Positions 9,786 through 19,322 of a stretch of DNA of 64,000 nucleotides are shown here, piece by piece. The notes beneath the pieces are model-generated. The model had not been told where the DNA came from, searched no databases, and was given only the letters and a program-made list of their open reading frames with translations. Source of the DNA: Bacteroidales bacterium (GTDB taxonomy: Bacteria; Bacteroidota; Bacteroidia; Bacteroidales; VadinHA17). The stretch spans positions 30,044 through 94,043 of the forward strand of contig DAINPM010000001.1 in the NCBI GenBank assembly GCA_036743455.1, in the 5' to 3' direction. Made by a program: the position numbers and the translations under genes. How positions within the stretch are numbered: position 1 is the first letter of the stretch; each line of letters begins with the position of its first letter.

Positions 9786-10541
9786 ATGAGTTATTTCAGA
9801 CAATTACATTTCATAATATATAAAAGTCTTTTGCTGACAGGATTAATTATTCTTCCATTGGTATCTGATGCTCAGCCTGGAGGTTACCCCGGTGGACACC
9901 CTGGAGGTATTTTCGGTTTACCTCCTATGATATCTTTCAGCATACACCTTGACCCTGTTATCAGCTGGTTTTCCACAGACGTCAGTGCTGTAAGAAACCA
10001 GGGAGCCAGACCAGGTTTCAGATTCGGGATATCATGCAACAGATACTTTAGTCCCAACTATTCTTTCTCAACAGGTATCGATATTATAAGTTCTGGAGGA
10101 AGGCTGGTTAATAATACTCCAATCCTTTTTGAACTTGTGAACCATCCCGACAAACTGGTGGAAGTTGATCAGAATGAACCTGTTGTATACAGACTCCAGT
10201 ATTTATCTGTCCCGCTGGGATTAAAACTTCAGACTAATCAGATTGGTTATTACACGTTTTTTTCAGATATCGGACTTGATCCAAAAGTACTGATAGCAGG
10301 AAAAGCCGATATCCCATCTCTGTATTTAAAAAGTGAAAAAGCAGTAACTGAACTGAGAAAGATAAATCTTTCCTACCATATAATAGCTGGTATCGAATAT
10401 TCACTCGGAGGCAGTACTGCTGCGATTATTGGTCTGGGATTTGAGAACAATTTCCTTGATGCAACCAGAGACCTTAACGATCAGCCTCAGGATAAAGTAT
10501 CTCATAAACTTTTTTCATTCAGGTTCGGTGTTATCTTTTAA
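9786..10541 (+). CDS. Small outer-membrane beta-barrel protein (OMP_b-brl_2 / PorT-like porin family)
   Basis: Signal peptide, Gly/Pro-rich stretch QPGGYPGGHPGG, alternating-hydrophobic strands, C-terminal FSFRFGVIF. Confidence 0.6.
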   Translation: MSYFRQLHFIIYKSLLLTGLIILPLVSDAQPGGYPGGHPGGIFGLPPMISFSIHLDPVISWFSTDVSAVRNQGARPGFRFGISCNRYFSPNYSFSTGIDIISSGGRLVNNTPILFELVNHPDKLVEVDQNEPVVYRLQYLSVPLGLKLQTNQIGYYTFFSDIGLDPKVLIAGKADIPSLYLKSEKAVTELRKINLSYHIIAGIEYSLGGSTAAIIGLGFENNFLDATRDLNDQPQDKVSHKLFSFRFGVIF

Positions 10542-10709
10542 TATACTACAGCTCAATTAAATAAGTGAATAAACCAACATGAACTCTTTTTTTGATTAAA
10601 AATGCACAAACAAGCATGATTCAAAAAGTTCATGTGAGAGCGAAGCATTTACAGAGTGAAGGAAATTTTTATTTTCTTTATTTACAATAAAATAAAAATT
10701 TTTAAACGT

Positions 10710-12362
10710 ATGAAAATAACTTTAGCGCAATTAAATTATCATATTGGCAACTTTGAACTGAATAAAGCACTTATTTGTGATGCCATAAAAAAGGCAAAAA
10801 AAGAAAAAGCTGACCTCATTATCTTTTCGGAACTATGCATCACCGGTTATCCTCCGCTGGATCTTCTTGACCGGCAAGACTTTATCGAAAAATGCCAGGA
10901 TACGGTCAGCGATATCTCAAAAGAATGCAGTGGTATTACGGCCATTGTCGGATCTCCCACCATCAACAGAGATGCCGGAGGGAAGAAACTATTTAACTCT
11001 GCACTGGTTCTTTCAGAAGGAGAAATAGTATTTTCTGTGAACAAGGCTCTCCTTCCCACATATGATATTTTTGATGAATACAGATATTTTGAGCCCGGGA
11101 AAGATTTCAGGATCTTCACACTGGGTGGTCTCAGGATGGCCCTTACCATCTGTGAAGATCTCTGGGATGAACAATCATTTGATAATGAATTTGAAAAGCA
11201 GAGGATATACACATTTTCTCCCATGGACCAACTGGCAAAACATGAGCCGGATCTTATTATAAATATCTCAGCATCTCCATTTTCATATTCAAAAATTGAA
11301 ATGAAAGCTGATGTTTTCAGAAAAAAGGCCAGGAAACATAATATTCCTCTGATAACAGTTAACCAGACAGGAGCAAATACGGAACTGATCTTTGATGGTG
11401 CTTCAAAAATAATTAACCGGAATGGTGATCTTATAGCCCAGCTTCCCTTTTTCGAAGAGTCTGTGGAAACATTCTCCGTTTCAAATATTATAAAAGGAAA
11501 TACTATTAGAGATCATGAAAAAAGATCCACTGTAGAGCTTATTCACAAAGCACTGATAACAGGCATTCGTGATTATTTCAGAAAGACAGGTCTCGCAGGT
11601 TGTATCCTGGGTCTCTCAGGAGGGCTTGATTCAGCTCTGGCACTGTGTCTCGCCGTGGAAGCTCTCGGCAATAAATATGTACATGCTCTTTTAATGCCCT
11701 CCAGGTATTCATCAGAACACTCTGTAACAGATGCTGTGACCCTGGCCAAAAATGTTGATGTGAGTTATGATATTATTAGCATTGAACGTCCCTTCACTGC
11801 TTTTGAAGAAGATCTGAAACCTTTTTTCAAAGGAATGAAAAGTGATGTTACAGAAGAAAACATACAGGCCAGGATAAGAGCTGTTTATCTCATGGCTTTC
11901 TCGAATAAGTTCGGTTGTATTCTTTTAAACACTTCTAACAAAAGTGAAGCGGCTGTAGGTTACGGAACCCTTTACGGTGATATGGCCGGAGGATTATCTG
12001 TAATCGGAGATGTCTATAAAACAGATGCGTATAAACTTGCAGCTTATATTAACAGAGAAAGAGAAATTATACCTCTAAATATCCTCAATAAACCTCCTTC
12101 TGCCGAGTTAAGACCAGATCAACTCGATTCTGACTCTCTCCCTGATTATAAAATACTTGATTCAATTCTTTACCAGTACATCGAACAACAGAAACCGCCT
12201 GAAAAAATTTCAGGAGAGGGCATTGACAGGCAGACAGTAGAAAAGGTTATCAGAATGATTAATAATAATGAATATAAAAGATATCAGGCCCCTCCTGTTC
12301 TGAGAATCTCTTCCAAATCGTTCGGTGACGGGAGAAGAATGCCTCTTGTTGCAAAATACTGA
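10710..12362 (+). CDS. nadE: Glutamine-dependent NAD+ synthase (CN-hydrolase domain + NAD synthetase domain)
   Basis: The track ORF starts at 10656; ATG 10710 gives the family-typical start MKITLAQLNYHIGN. Nitrilase-type FSELCITGY and LTICEDLW. PP-loop LGLSGGLDSA. Confidence 0.9.
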   Translation: MKITLAQLNYHIGNFELNKALICDAIKKAKKEKADLIIFSELCITGYPPLDLLDRQDFIEKCQDTVSDISKECSGITAIVGSPTINRDAGGKKLFNSALVLSEGEIVFSVNKALLPTYDIFDEYRYFEPGKDFRIFTLGGLRMALTICEDLWDEQSFDNEFEKQRIYTFSPMDQLAKHEPDLIINISASPFSYSKIEMKADVFRKKARKHNIPLITVNQTGANTELIFDGASKIINRNGDLIAQLPFFEESVETFSVSNIIKGNTIRDHEKRSTVELIHKALITGIRDYFRKTGLAGCILGLSGGLDSALALCLAVEALGNKYVHALLMPSRYSSEHSVTDAVTLAKNVDVSYDIISIERPFTAFEEDLKPFFKGMKSDVTEENIQARIRAVYLMAFSNKFGCILLNTSNKSEAAVGYGTLYGDMAGGLSVIGDVYKTDAYKLAAYINREREIIPLNILNKPPSAELRPDQLDSDSLPDYKILDSILYQYIEQQKPPEKISGEGIDRQTVEKVIRMINNNEYKRYQAPPVLRISSKSFGDGRRMPLVAKY

Positions 12363-14825
12363 TCATTCGTGATAGAAAATTCGCCTTACTCTCCTGGGTA
12401 TGGAAGTAAGTATCTCATAAGGAATAGTCTCACATAACCCTGCTATTTCACCTATATCTATATTGTCCCCGAATATCTCTGCCTCATCACCGGAAACTGC
12501 TCCCAGCCCCGTTATATCAACCATGCACATATCCATACAAATATTACCTGTTATTGGCACCTTTGTGTTCCTTATAAAGAGATGGCCTTTACCGTTTCCA
12601 AGTATTCTTTTCAGTCCATCTGCATAACCTACCGGCAAAATAGCTATAGTGCGTTCCTTATCAGATACATCTGCACATCCATATCCTACAGGCTCACCGG
12701 AACCGATCTTTTTTATCTGCGATATCCGTGTTTTAAAACGTCCGACAGGCTTCAGATCCAATCCCGGCAGATGGCCAATACCATAAATACCTATACCGGG
12801 TCTTACCATATCAAAATGATATTGAGGAAAACGCACTATTCCCGATGAATTACATAAATGCCTCAGAAAATTATATCCCAATTCCTTGCGTAAATAAGTA
12901 ACAGCCTCTTTAAAAATATCAGCCTGTTTATGTGTGAAAGTATCGAAACGCTCATCCTCACTGGAAGCCAAATGTGAAAAAACCGAAGCTACATTAAGTT
13001 GCTCAAGCTTTTTCAGCTTCTCTGTAAGCTCAGGTATCTCTTCTGGCATAAATCCAAGTCTGTGCATCCCCGTATCAATTTTTATATGCACCGGATATTG
13101 TACCAGACCATGTTTCGCAGCTACAGCTGAGAACCTCTCCAAAGAAGGGTAGCTGTAGATAACGGGTTCAAGGTTATACCGTATTATCAGGTCACAGGAA
13201 TAAGGGTCATGATTCATTACCATCACAGGCATGGTAACTCCTGCATTTCTTAATTCTACTCCTTCATCAGCATACGCAACCCCAAGATAACTTATCCTGT
13301 GATACTCAAGTAAACCGGCTATCTCAGCAGGACCGGCTCCATAAGCAAAAGCTTTTACCATGACCATGATGCGTGTCCCAGGCTGAAGAAGCCTCCTGAA
13401 CTCATTAAGATTATGTGCAATTGCACCCAGGTTTATCTCCAGAACAGTCTGATGAAGTTGAAGTTCCAGAAGCCGGCTTATTTTTTCGAATTCGTATCTT
13501 CTTGCCCCTTTCAGGAGAATAGTCTCATCTTTATAATCAGCTGAATTGAAACGAAGAATAAATTCGTCAGTAGAATAATAAAATTCTGAATTCTTTTCAA
13601 AGAATGATCTGCATTCTGACAATTCAGGACCTATACCGATAAATTTCCCGATACCCGTTTCCCTTACCATAGCCGCCACCTCAGAATACAGATCCTCCTT
13701 ATCCCGTCCCGTCTGCATAAAATCAGATAAGATAAGAGTCGATTTTCTGCTGTTGCGTGTTGTCAGATACTCCAGAGCCATGCGTAGTGAGCCAGGATCG
13801 GAATTATAATAATCCTCTATAAGCTGGCAATTATTAATCCCCGATTTAACCTCCATCCTCATGGCTACTGAAACAAGAGAGGCCAGACCTTCCCTGATAA
13901 CTTCACTGTCAATCTGCAAAGCCAGACAGACCGAAGCTACTGTCACTGCATTTTCAACAGAAGCCCGGTCGACAAAGGGAATCATAAAAGAATATTTATT
14001 CCCTTTGTAATTCATTTCAATATCTGTTGATCTGTCACGACCGGTAATAAGTGATACCCTTATGGCTGCGTCAGGATCATTGAGAGACCAGTCGACGAGG
14101 ATCTTTGACTGAAACCCTGCCTCATCTATTATTGCTTCGTGAATGATTTTATAATCACGACAATAAATAATCATTGAAGCATCCCTGAAAAGTTTCAGTT
14201 TCTCTTTTGTTTTTACAAATTTATCAGGGAAATTTTCACTGTGTGCATCACCAATATTCGTAATTACACCAATAGAAGGGTCAATAACTTCCCGGAGATT
14301 ATCCATCTCATGCATACGTGATATGCCGGCTTCAATTATAGCCATCCTGTACTTCTTGTCGAGCTTAAGAACAGATAGGGGCACTCCTGTCTGAGAGTTA
14401 AAACTGCGGGGACTTCTGACAAGAGGTACAGTTAAACCAATGACATCTGCAAGCCACTCTTTGACAATAGTCTTTCCGGTACTTCCCGTCACAGCTATAA
14501 CAGGTGAGCTAAAAGATCTTCTCACATAAGAAGCTATAAGCTGGAGAGCCGATACTGTGTCCGGGGTAATGATAAATGCTGATGCAGAAAACCTTTCAAT
14601 ATCATCCGGAAGCTTATCTACAATAAAAATTCTTACACCTTTATCGTACATAACCGGGATAAAATTATGTCCATCATGATTGATACCCCTGATAGCCAGA
14701 AACGCAGGGTCCTCTCCGGGATTCTGGTGACGGCTGTCAATAATAATATTCGTAGCAATAAGATCAGGGTCACCTTTCAACTCCCCTCCTGTTATCAAAG
14801 CAATATCGGATGATTTTAATTTCAA
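12363..14825 (-). CDS. murF/alr: Bifunctional UDP-MurNAc-tripeptide--D-Ala-D-Ala ligase (MurF) / alanine racemase (Alr) fusion
   Basis: N-terminal Mur ligase with VTGSTGKT P-loop. C-terminal racemase with PLP-lysine context MVMVKAFAYGAG and PVGYADG. Confidence 0.9.
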   Translation of the reverse strand: MKLKSSDIALITGGELKGDPDLIATNIIIDSRHQNPGEDPAFLAIRGINHDGHNFIPVMYDKGVRIFIVDKLPDDIERFSASAFIITPDTVSALQLIASYVRRSFSSPVIAVTGSTGKTIVKEWLADVIGLTVPLVRSPRSFNSQTGVPLSVLKLDKKYRMAIIEAGISRMHEMDNLREVIDPSIGVITNIGDAHSENFPDKFVKTKEKLKLFRDASMIIYCRDYKIIHEAIIDEAGFQSKILVDWSLNDPDAAIRVSLITGRDRSTDIEMNYKGNKYSFMIPFVDRASVENAVTVASVCLALQIDSEVIREGLASLVSVAMRMEVKSGINNCQLIEDYYNSDPGSLRMALEYLTTRNSRKSTLILSDFMQTGRDKEDLYSEVAAMVRETGIGKFIGIGPELSECRSFFEKNSEFYYSTDEFILRFNSADYKDETILLKGARRYEFEKISRLLELQLHQTVLEINLGAIAHNLNEFRRLLQPGTRIMVMVKAFAYGAGPAEIAGLLEYHRISYLGVAYADEGVELRNAGVTMPVMVMNHDPYSCDLIIRYNLEPVIYSYPSLERFSAVAAKHGLVQYPVHIKIDTGMHRLGFMPEEIPELTEKLKKLEQLNVASVFSHLASSEDERFDTFTHKQADIFKEAVTYLRKELGYNFLRHLCNSSGIVRFPQYHFDMVRPGIGIYGIGHLPGLDLKPVGRFKTRISQIKKIGSGEPVGYGCADVSDKERTIAILPVGYADGLKRILGNGKGHLFIRNTKVPITGNICMDMCMVDITGLGAVSGDEAEIFGDNIDIGEIAGLCETIPYEILTSIPRRVRRIFYHE

Positions 14826-15057
14826 TTATTTTTCGTTTTTTCTTCGGCTAAGTTAAAACAAAAGCTCTAACCTGCTATGATTACAACCCTTATATAATAT
14901 CATATCTTTTACCCAGGATGATCTGCAAGTTCTTTTTCCTGCCATATTTCAGTCTGCCATTACACTTACTCTGTTTTTAAGAACCTCCTTGTATATTTAA
15001 ACCGGATAATAAGTACCAATTTGTCTTAATGTTCCGTTAGACTTGTAGAATTATCTT

Positions 15058-15065
15058 TAATTTTG
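15058..15065 (+). promoter_or_regulatory. Candidate -7 promoter element (TAATTTTG)
   Basis: Exact TAnnTTTG match ending 41 nt before ATG 15107. Confidence 0.45.
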
Positions 15066-15106
15066 CAAAATAAAGAAATTGCTTTGTTATATAAATATCA
15101 AATTAT

Positions 15107-15883
15107 ATGGATTTTAACAGAACAGTCGATTTAATCATAAAAGATCTGTATGAAGCGGGGGAAATAATCGATGATTTAAAGAATTATCCGGGAGTTCCTG
15201 CTTTTCAGGTTGAGCTGGCAAAATCGAAATGTAAAAGCGCTGCAGAAATAATATCATTTCTCAAAAACAGTACTGGGGTTTTCTCTGTGCCAGTACAAGA
15301 AGAATCCAAAAAAGCAGAAGAGGCTACACAGAATTATAAAGGCAACAATTCTACTGCTCTTTCGGAACCATCTGCTCCTGTAAGTATATCCCCTGATAAT
15401 AAGATACCTGAGGATTTTTCTGAAAGGATACAACCAGAGCCACCTGATATAAGTAAACCGGAATCTTCTGAAATAGACGACATAAGAGGGACTGTCTCAC
15501 CTGGTGAACAAAAAACAACATTTGAGAAAAAGAAAGTATCAGCCCAGACAATTCTTGCCGATACCTTTTCATCATTCCCTGGCGGATTAAATGATAAAAT
15601 ATCCGGACAGAAAGATCCCAATGAACTATCAGACATGAATAAAGCCAGGCCTGTATCCAATCTGTACGATGCAATAGGAATAAATGACAGGTTTTTATTT
15701 ATCAGGGAGATATTTGATGGAAACACTGACAACTACAATAAGGCAATTGAACAGTTAAACAAGTCTGCCTGTCTCTCGGATGCAAAAGAAATAATTATGG
15801 GTTATACCGGAAATATGGAGGACAGTGAGGCTTCGAAACAATTATTCGAACTCATAAAACGAAAATTCCCCGGGCATGTCTAA
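15107..15883 (+). CDS. Hypothetical protein (helical N-terminus, Pro/Ser/Glu-rich linker, conserved-looking C-terminal domain)
   Basis: 258-aa ORF with no recognisable catalytic motif. Its stop overlaps the rsmI start by 8 nt (ATGTCTAA). Antisense ORFs 15334..15732 and 15351..15674 are judged shadows. Confidence 0.6.
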   Translation: MDFNRTVDLIIKDLYEAGEIIDDLKNYPGVPAFQVELAKSKCKSAAEIISFLKNSTGVFSVPVQEESKKAEEATQNYKGNNSTALSEPSAPVSISPDNKIPEDFSERIQPEPPDISKPESSEIDDIRGTVSPGEQKTTFEKKKVSAQTILADTFSSFPGGLNDKISGQKDPNELSDMNKARPVSNLYDAIGINDRFLFIREIFDGNTDNYNKAIEQLNKSACLSDAKEIIMGYTGNMEDSEASKQLFELIKRKFPGHV

Positions 15884-16556
15884 GTTATTCCTTGTCCCTA
15901 CTCCTGTTGGAAATTTCAATGACATAACCTTCAGGGCCCTTGAAATACTTGGGAGTGTTGATCTTATTCTTGCGGAAGACACCCGTCAGGCTCTCAAATT
16001 ACTGAATCATTTCAATATCAGAACAGCCCTCAGGTCACATCATATGTTCAACGAACACAAAAGTGTTGATTCGATATGTAAAAAATTGTTGGCAGGAGAT
16101 AAGATAGCATTAATATCTGATGCAGGAACACCGGGTATTTCTGACCCCGGCTTTCTTCTTGTCAGGACCTGTCTGGAACAGGGTATAGATATTGAAACAC
16201 TTCCGGGAGCAACCGCACTTATTCCTGCCCTTGTCAATTCCGGATTACCATGTGACAGATTCTGTTTTGAAGGTTTTCTGCCAGTTAAAAAAGGACGTAA
16301 CAAACGACTTGTTTCTCTTGAAGATGAACCACGTACAATGATATTTTATGAATCACCTTACCGGCTTATCAAAACCCTCAATGATATGGTCTTCCATTTC
16401 GGCTCCGGCAGAGAAGCATCTGTATCCAGAGAACTAAGCAAAATATTTGAGGAGACAATAAGGGGAACCCTTTCATCACTTATAGATCATTTCAGTAATA
16501 AACCTCCCAAAGGAGAAATAGTTGTCGTTGTAAAAGGCAGTAGCAAAAAAACATAA
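15876..16556 (+). CDS. rsmI: 16S rRNA (cytidine1402-2'-O)-methyltransferase RsmI
   Basis: LVPTPVGNFNDITFRALEIL (compare E. coli IVPTPIGNLADIT), SDAGTPGISDPG, tetrapyrrole-methylase fold length. Confidence 0.9.
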   Translation: MSKLFLVPTPVGNFNDITFRALEILGSVDLILAEDTRQALKLLNHFNIRTALRSHHMFNEHKSVDSICKKLLAGDKIALISDAGTPGISDPGFLLVRTCLEQGIDIETLPGATALIPALVNSGLPCDRFCFEGFLPVKKGRNKRLVSLEDEPRTMIFYESPYRLIKTLNDMVFHFGSGREASVSRELSKIFEETIRGTLSSLIDHFSNKPPKGEIVVVVKGSSKKT

Positions 16557-16621
16557 CTGCACCGGGGCGAACCAATCTTATGATATGAACGACACCTTAC
16601 CGGATAAATCAAATAATTGTA

Positions 16622-19309
16622 ATGAATGCTAAAATAATTCTGGTAATTTTTTTTTCTTATTTGTCGCTTATTGCTGAATCGCAGGTTATCAAGGGCAGAA
16701 TAAGCAATGAATCCGGTGATCCCGTACCTTACGCCACCGTCTATATTCATGAACTCAGACAGGGTACAACAGCAAACGGTAAAGGCGATTATGAGATAAG
16801 GATTCCTGAAGGCCGGTACCAGATAAGCTATCAGTGTCTGGGTTATTCTCCTCTTACCTATGATATCACAGTGAAGGGGAAAACAAGCATTAAGGATGTT
16901 TCGCTCTCAATGCAATACTACCAGATACCTGAGGTAAAGATATTGGCTACAGGAGAAGATCCGGCTTACGGCATAATGAGAAAAGCCATAGGGATGGCTC
17001 CTTATTACCTGAATAATACAGAGTACTATAAAGCCGAAGTTTATCTTAAGGGGAATCTGGTTTTCAAGAAGATCCCCAGGCTATTGCAAAAACGAATATC
17101 TATAACAACAAACAGTGAAGAAGATAACCGGGAGATCACCAGACGTATAATGGAAGGTGATATATTCATGCTGGAATCTTTTAATGAAGTTGAGTTTACT
17201 GCACCCGACAGTTATGTTCAAAAAGTCATTTCGGTCAATAGCACTTTTCCTGAAGAGGGTGAAAATGTTTCTCCTATGGATTTTATCCAGGCCAGTTTTT
17301 ATCAGCCATTACTGGCGGACCTTGCTATTTCCCCACTTTCACCCCAGGCTTTTTCTTATTACAGGTTCAGATATCTCGGTGCCACAACTCAGGGAAATAT
17401 CACTCTGAACAAGATACAGGTCATTCCCAGAATGAAAAGCCAGCAGCTTTTTGAAGGAACAATTTATATTATTGAAGATCTCTGGTGCCTGCATAGTGTT
17501 GACCTAATTAATGATAATATTGCAGGCAGGATAAGTATTCAGCAGTTATATGTACCGGTACAGGACGATATATGGTTACCTGTCAGTCATAATTTTGTGA
17601 TCAACATAGGTGTTTTGGGTGTGAGGGCTGATGCAGAATACCTTAGCTCAGTAAGATACATTGAGGTCAGACCCAATCTTTCCCTGAGAAAACCTTCCTC
17701 CGTAACAACTGATTCTTTCAGAAGACATGAGCTAAGCAATGAAAAAAATATCTCCGATAAGCAACAGAAAATTGAAGAGATACTTAAAGACGATGAAATG
17801 ACTAACCGTGATATGATCAGACTTGCCCGTCTGATGAATAAGGAATCCGAAAAAGCCCAGCACGACAGCATACGCGAAAGTCTCGAGATTAAAGATAATA
17901 CAGTGAGGACAATTGCTGACGATGCATATAACAAAGACAGTGCATACTGGGCTGAGATAAGACCGATACCTCTGTCAGAACCAGAGATAAAAAGTGTTAT
18001 GAAACGCGACAGCATCCTCATGGAAAAGAGCTCTGGCAAGGATGAACATAATTTACAGAACAATGAGGATAAAAAGGAACAGAATAAATTCATCTCAGTT
18101 TTAAGCAACCTTGCATTCGGACATACCTGGTCTGATACAACAGACTTCAGTTTTAATTACGGAGGCTTGCTGGATCCTGATAATTTCAGCTTCAGTACAG
18201 TTGACGGCTTTGTCCATGGTCTGGATTTCAGAATAAGTAAAAAATGGAAAGATGCTTCACAGCTTACAATATCTCCAGAAATGAGTTATGCTTTCAGCAG
18301 AGAATCATTTATCTGGAGGGTGAACGGTAATTACCTGTTTGACAGAAAGAAAAACCAGCAAATCTTCTTCAACGCAGGAATGATAAGCAGGGATATCAGT
18401 GATGGCGGGAGTGTAAACAAACTGATAAACACAGTGAGCTCCCTTTTTGCAGAGAATAATATTCTTAAACTATATGGAAGTGATTATTTGTCACTCGGGT
18501 ACAGAACTACAGTAAGCAACGGCCTGATTATTGAGATAAACGGAGGGTTGGATAACAGGAAACTTCTTGATAACACCACTGATTTTTCTTTTATCCGCAC
18601 TGATCAGGGCTACTCAGATAACAAACCTGAAAATCCTTACCTGGAAGAGGGAACTGATCCGGTATACTCGTTAAGAGATATGAAGCATTACCATTTTGGA
18701 ACAGAAATCACTTATACTCCAAGACAACGTTACAGAATGAGCAATGGCGTAAGGATACCACAGGGTTCTGACTGGCCTTCATTCGTGTTTACGTGGAAAC
18801 ACGGGATCAATGATCAGGATCAGTCATCAGGCACATACAGCCATTTCGACAAGATAAAATTCCTGGCATATAAAGAAAATGACATGGGAGCTTTCAGTAC
18901 TTTCAGGTGGAGAATAGAGACAGGGTTCTTTTTAAACAAGTCGCAGCTTAACTATTTCGATTTCTTTCATTTCAACACTCAGCCCTTGTTACTTACAATA
19001 AACGATTACCAGGATGCTTTCAGGCTTCCTCCTTTTTACTCACTCAGTACTCCCGGTTTTTATGTTGAAGCCCATAGCCGGTATACAACACCTTATCTGA
19101 TGATCAAATATCTTCCGGGCCTAAGCAAGACACTGATGAGAGAGAACCTCTCCTTCTCCTATATCGGATCGGACTATCACAGGCATTATATGGAGATAGG
19201 ATACAGTATAAGTGAAATATCCCTGATAGGTGAATTTGGTGTATATGCCGGATTTGAGAACCTCAGATACAAAAATATCGGAGTAAGATTTATACTGAAG
19301 ATAAATTAA
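16622..19309 (+). CDS. CarboxypepD_reg-like + DUF5686 domain protein (function unknown, likely outer membrane)
   Basis: Signal peptide. N-terminal carboxypeptidase-regulatory-like module (VIKGRISNESGDPVPYATVYI...GDYEIRIPEGRY). Long C-terminal region typical in size of DUF5686 proteins. Confidence 0.7.
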   Translation: MNAKIILVIFFSYLSLIAESQVIKGRISNESGDPVPYATVYIHELRQGTTANGKGDYEIRIPEGRYQISYQCLGYSPLTYDITVKGKTSIKDVSLSMQYYQIPEVKILATGEDPAYGIMRKAIGMAPYYLNNTEYYKAEVYLKGNLVFKKIPRLLQKRISITTNSEEDNREITRRIMEGDIFMLESFNEVEFTAPDSYVQKVISVNSTFPEEGENVSPMDFIQASFYQPLLADLAISPLSPQAFSYYRFRYLGATTQGNITLNKIQVIPRMKSQQLFEGTIYIIEDLWCLHSVDLINDNIAGRISIQQLYVPVQDDIWLPVSHNFVINIGVLGVRADAEYLSSVRYIEVRPNLSLRKPSSVTTDSFRRHELSNEKNISDKQQKIEEILKDDEMTNRDMIRLARLMNKESEKAQHDSIRESLEIKDNTVRTIADDAYNKDSAYWAEIRPIPLSEPEIKSVMKRDSILMEKSSGKDEHNLQNNEDKKEQNKFISVLSNLAFGHTWSDTTDFSFNYGGLLDPDNFSFSTVDGFVHGLDFRISKKWKDASQLTISPEMSYAFSRESFIWRVNGNYLFDRKKNQQIFFNAGMISRDISDGGSVNKLINTVSSLFAENNILKLYGSDYLSLGYRTTVSNGLIIEINGGLDNRKLLDNTTDFSFIRTDQGYSDNKPENPYLEEGTDPVYSLRDMKHYHFGTEITYTPRQRYRMSNGVRIPQGSDWPSFVFTWKHGINDQDQSSGTYSHFDKIKFLAYKENDMGAFSTFRWRIETGFFLNKSQLNYFDFFHFNTQPLLLTINDYQDAFRLPPFYSLSTPGFYVEAHSRYTTPYLMIKYLPGLSKTLMRENLSFSYIGSDYHRHYMEIGYSISEISLIGEFGVYAGFENLRYKNIGVRFILKIN

Positions 19310-19322
19310 GTTCTTCCTGACA

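Noticed and set aside
10656-10709. N-terminal extensions given by the track at TTG/GTG or upstream ATG codons (10656, 4824, 28929, 45178, 47303, 51239, 56009, 26123, 45159)
   Set aside because: The extensions encode AT-rich nonsense (e.g. MKEIFIFFIYNKIKIF). They overlap promoter or terminator elements, and a downstream ATG gives a family-typical N-terminus or signal peptide.
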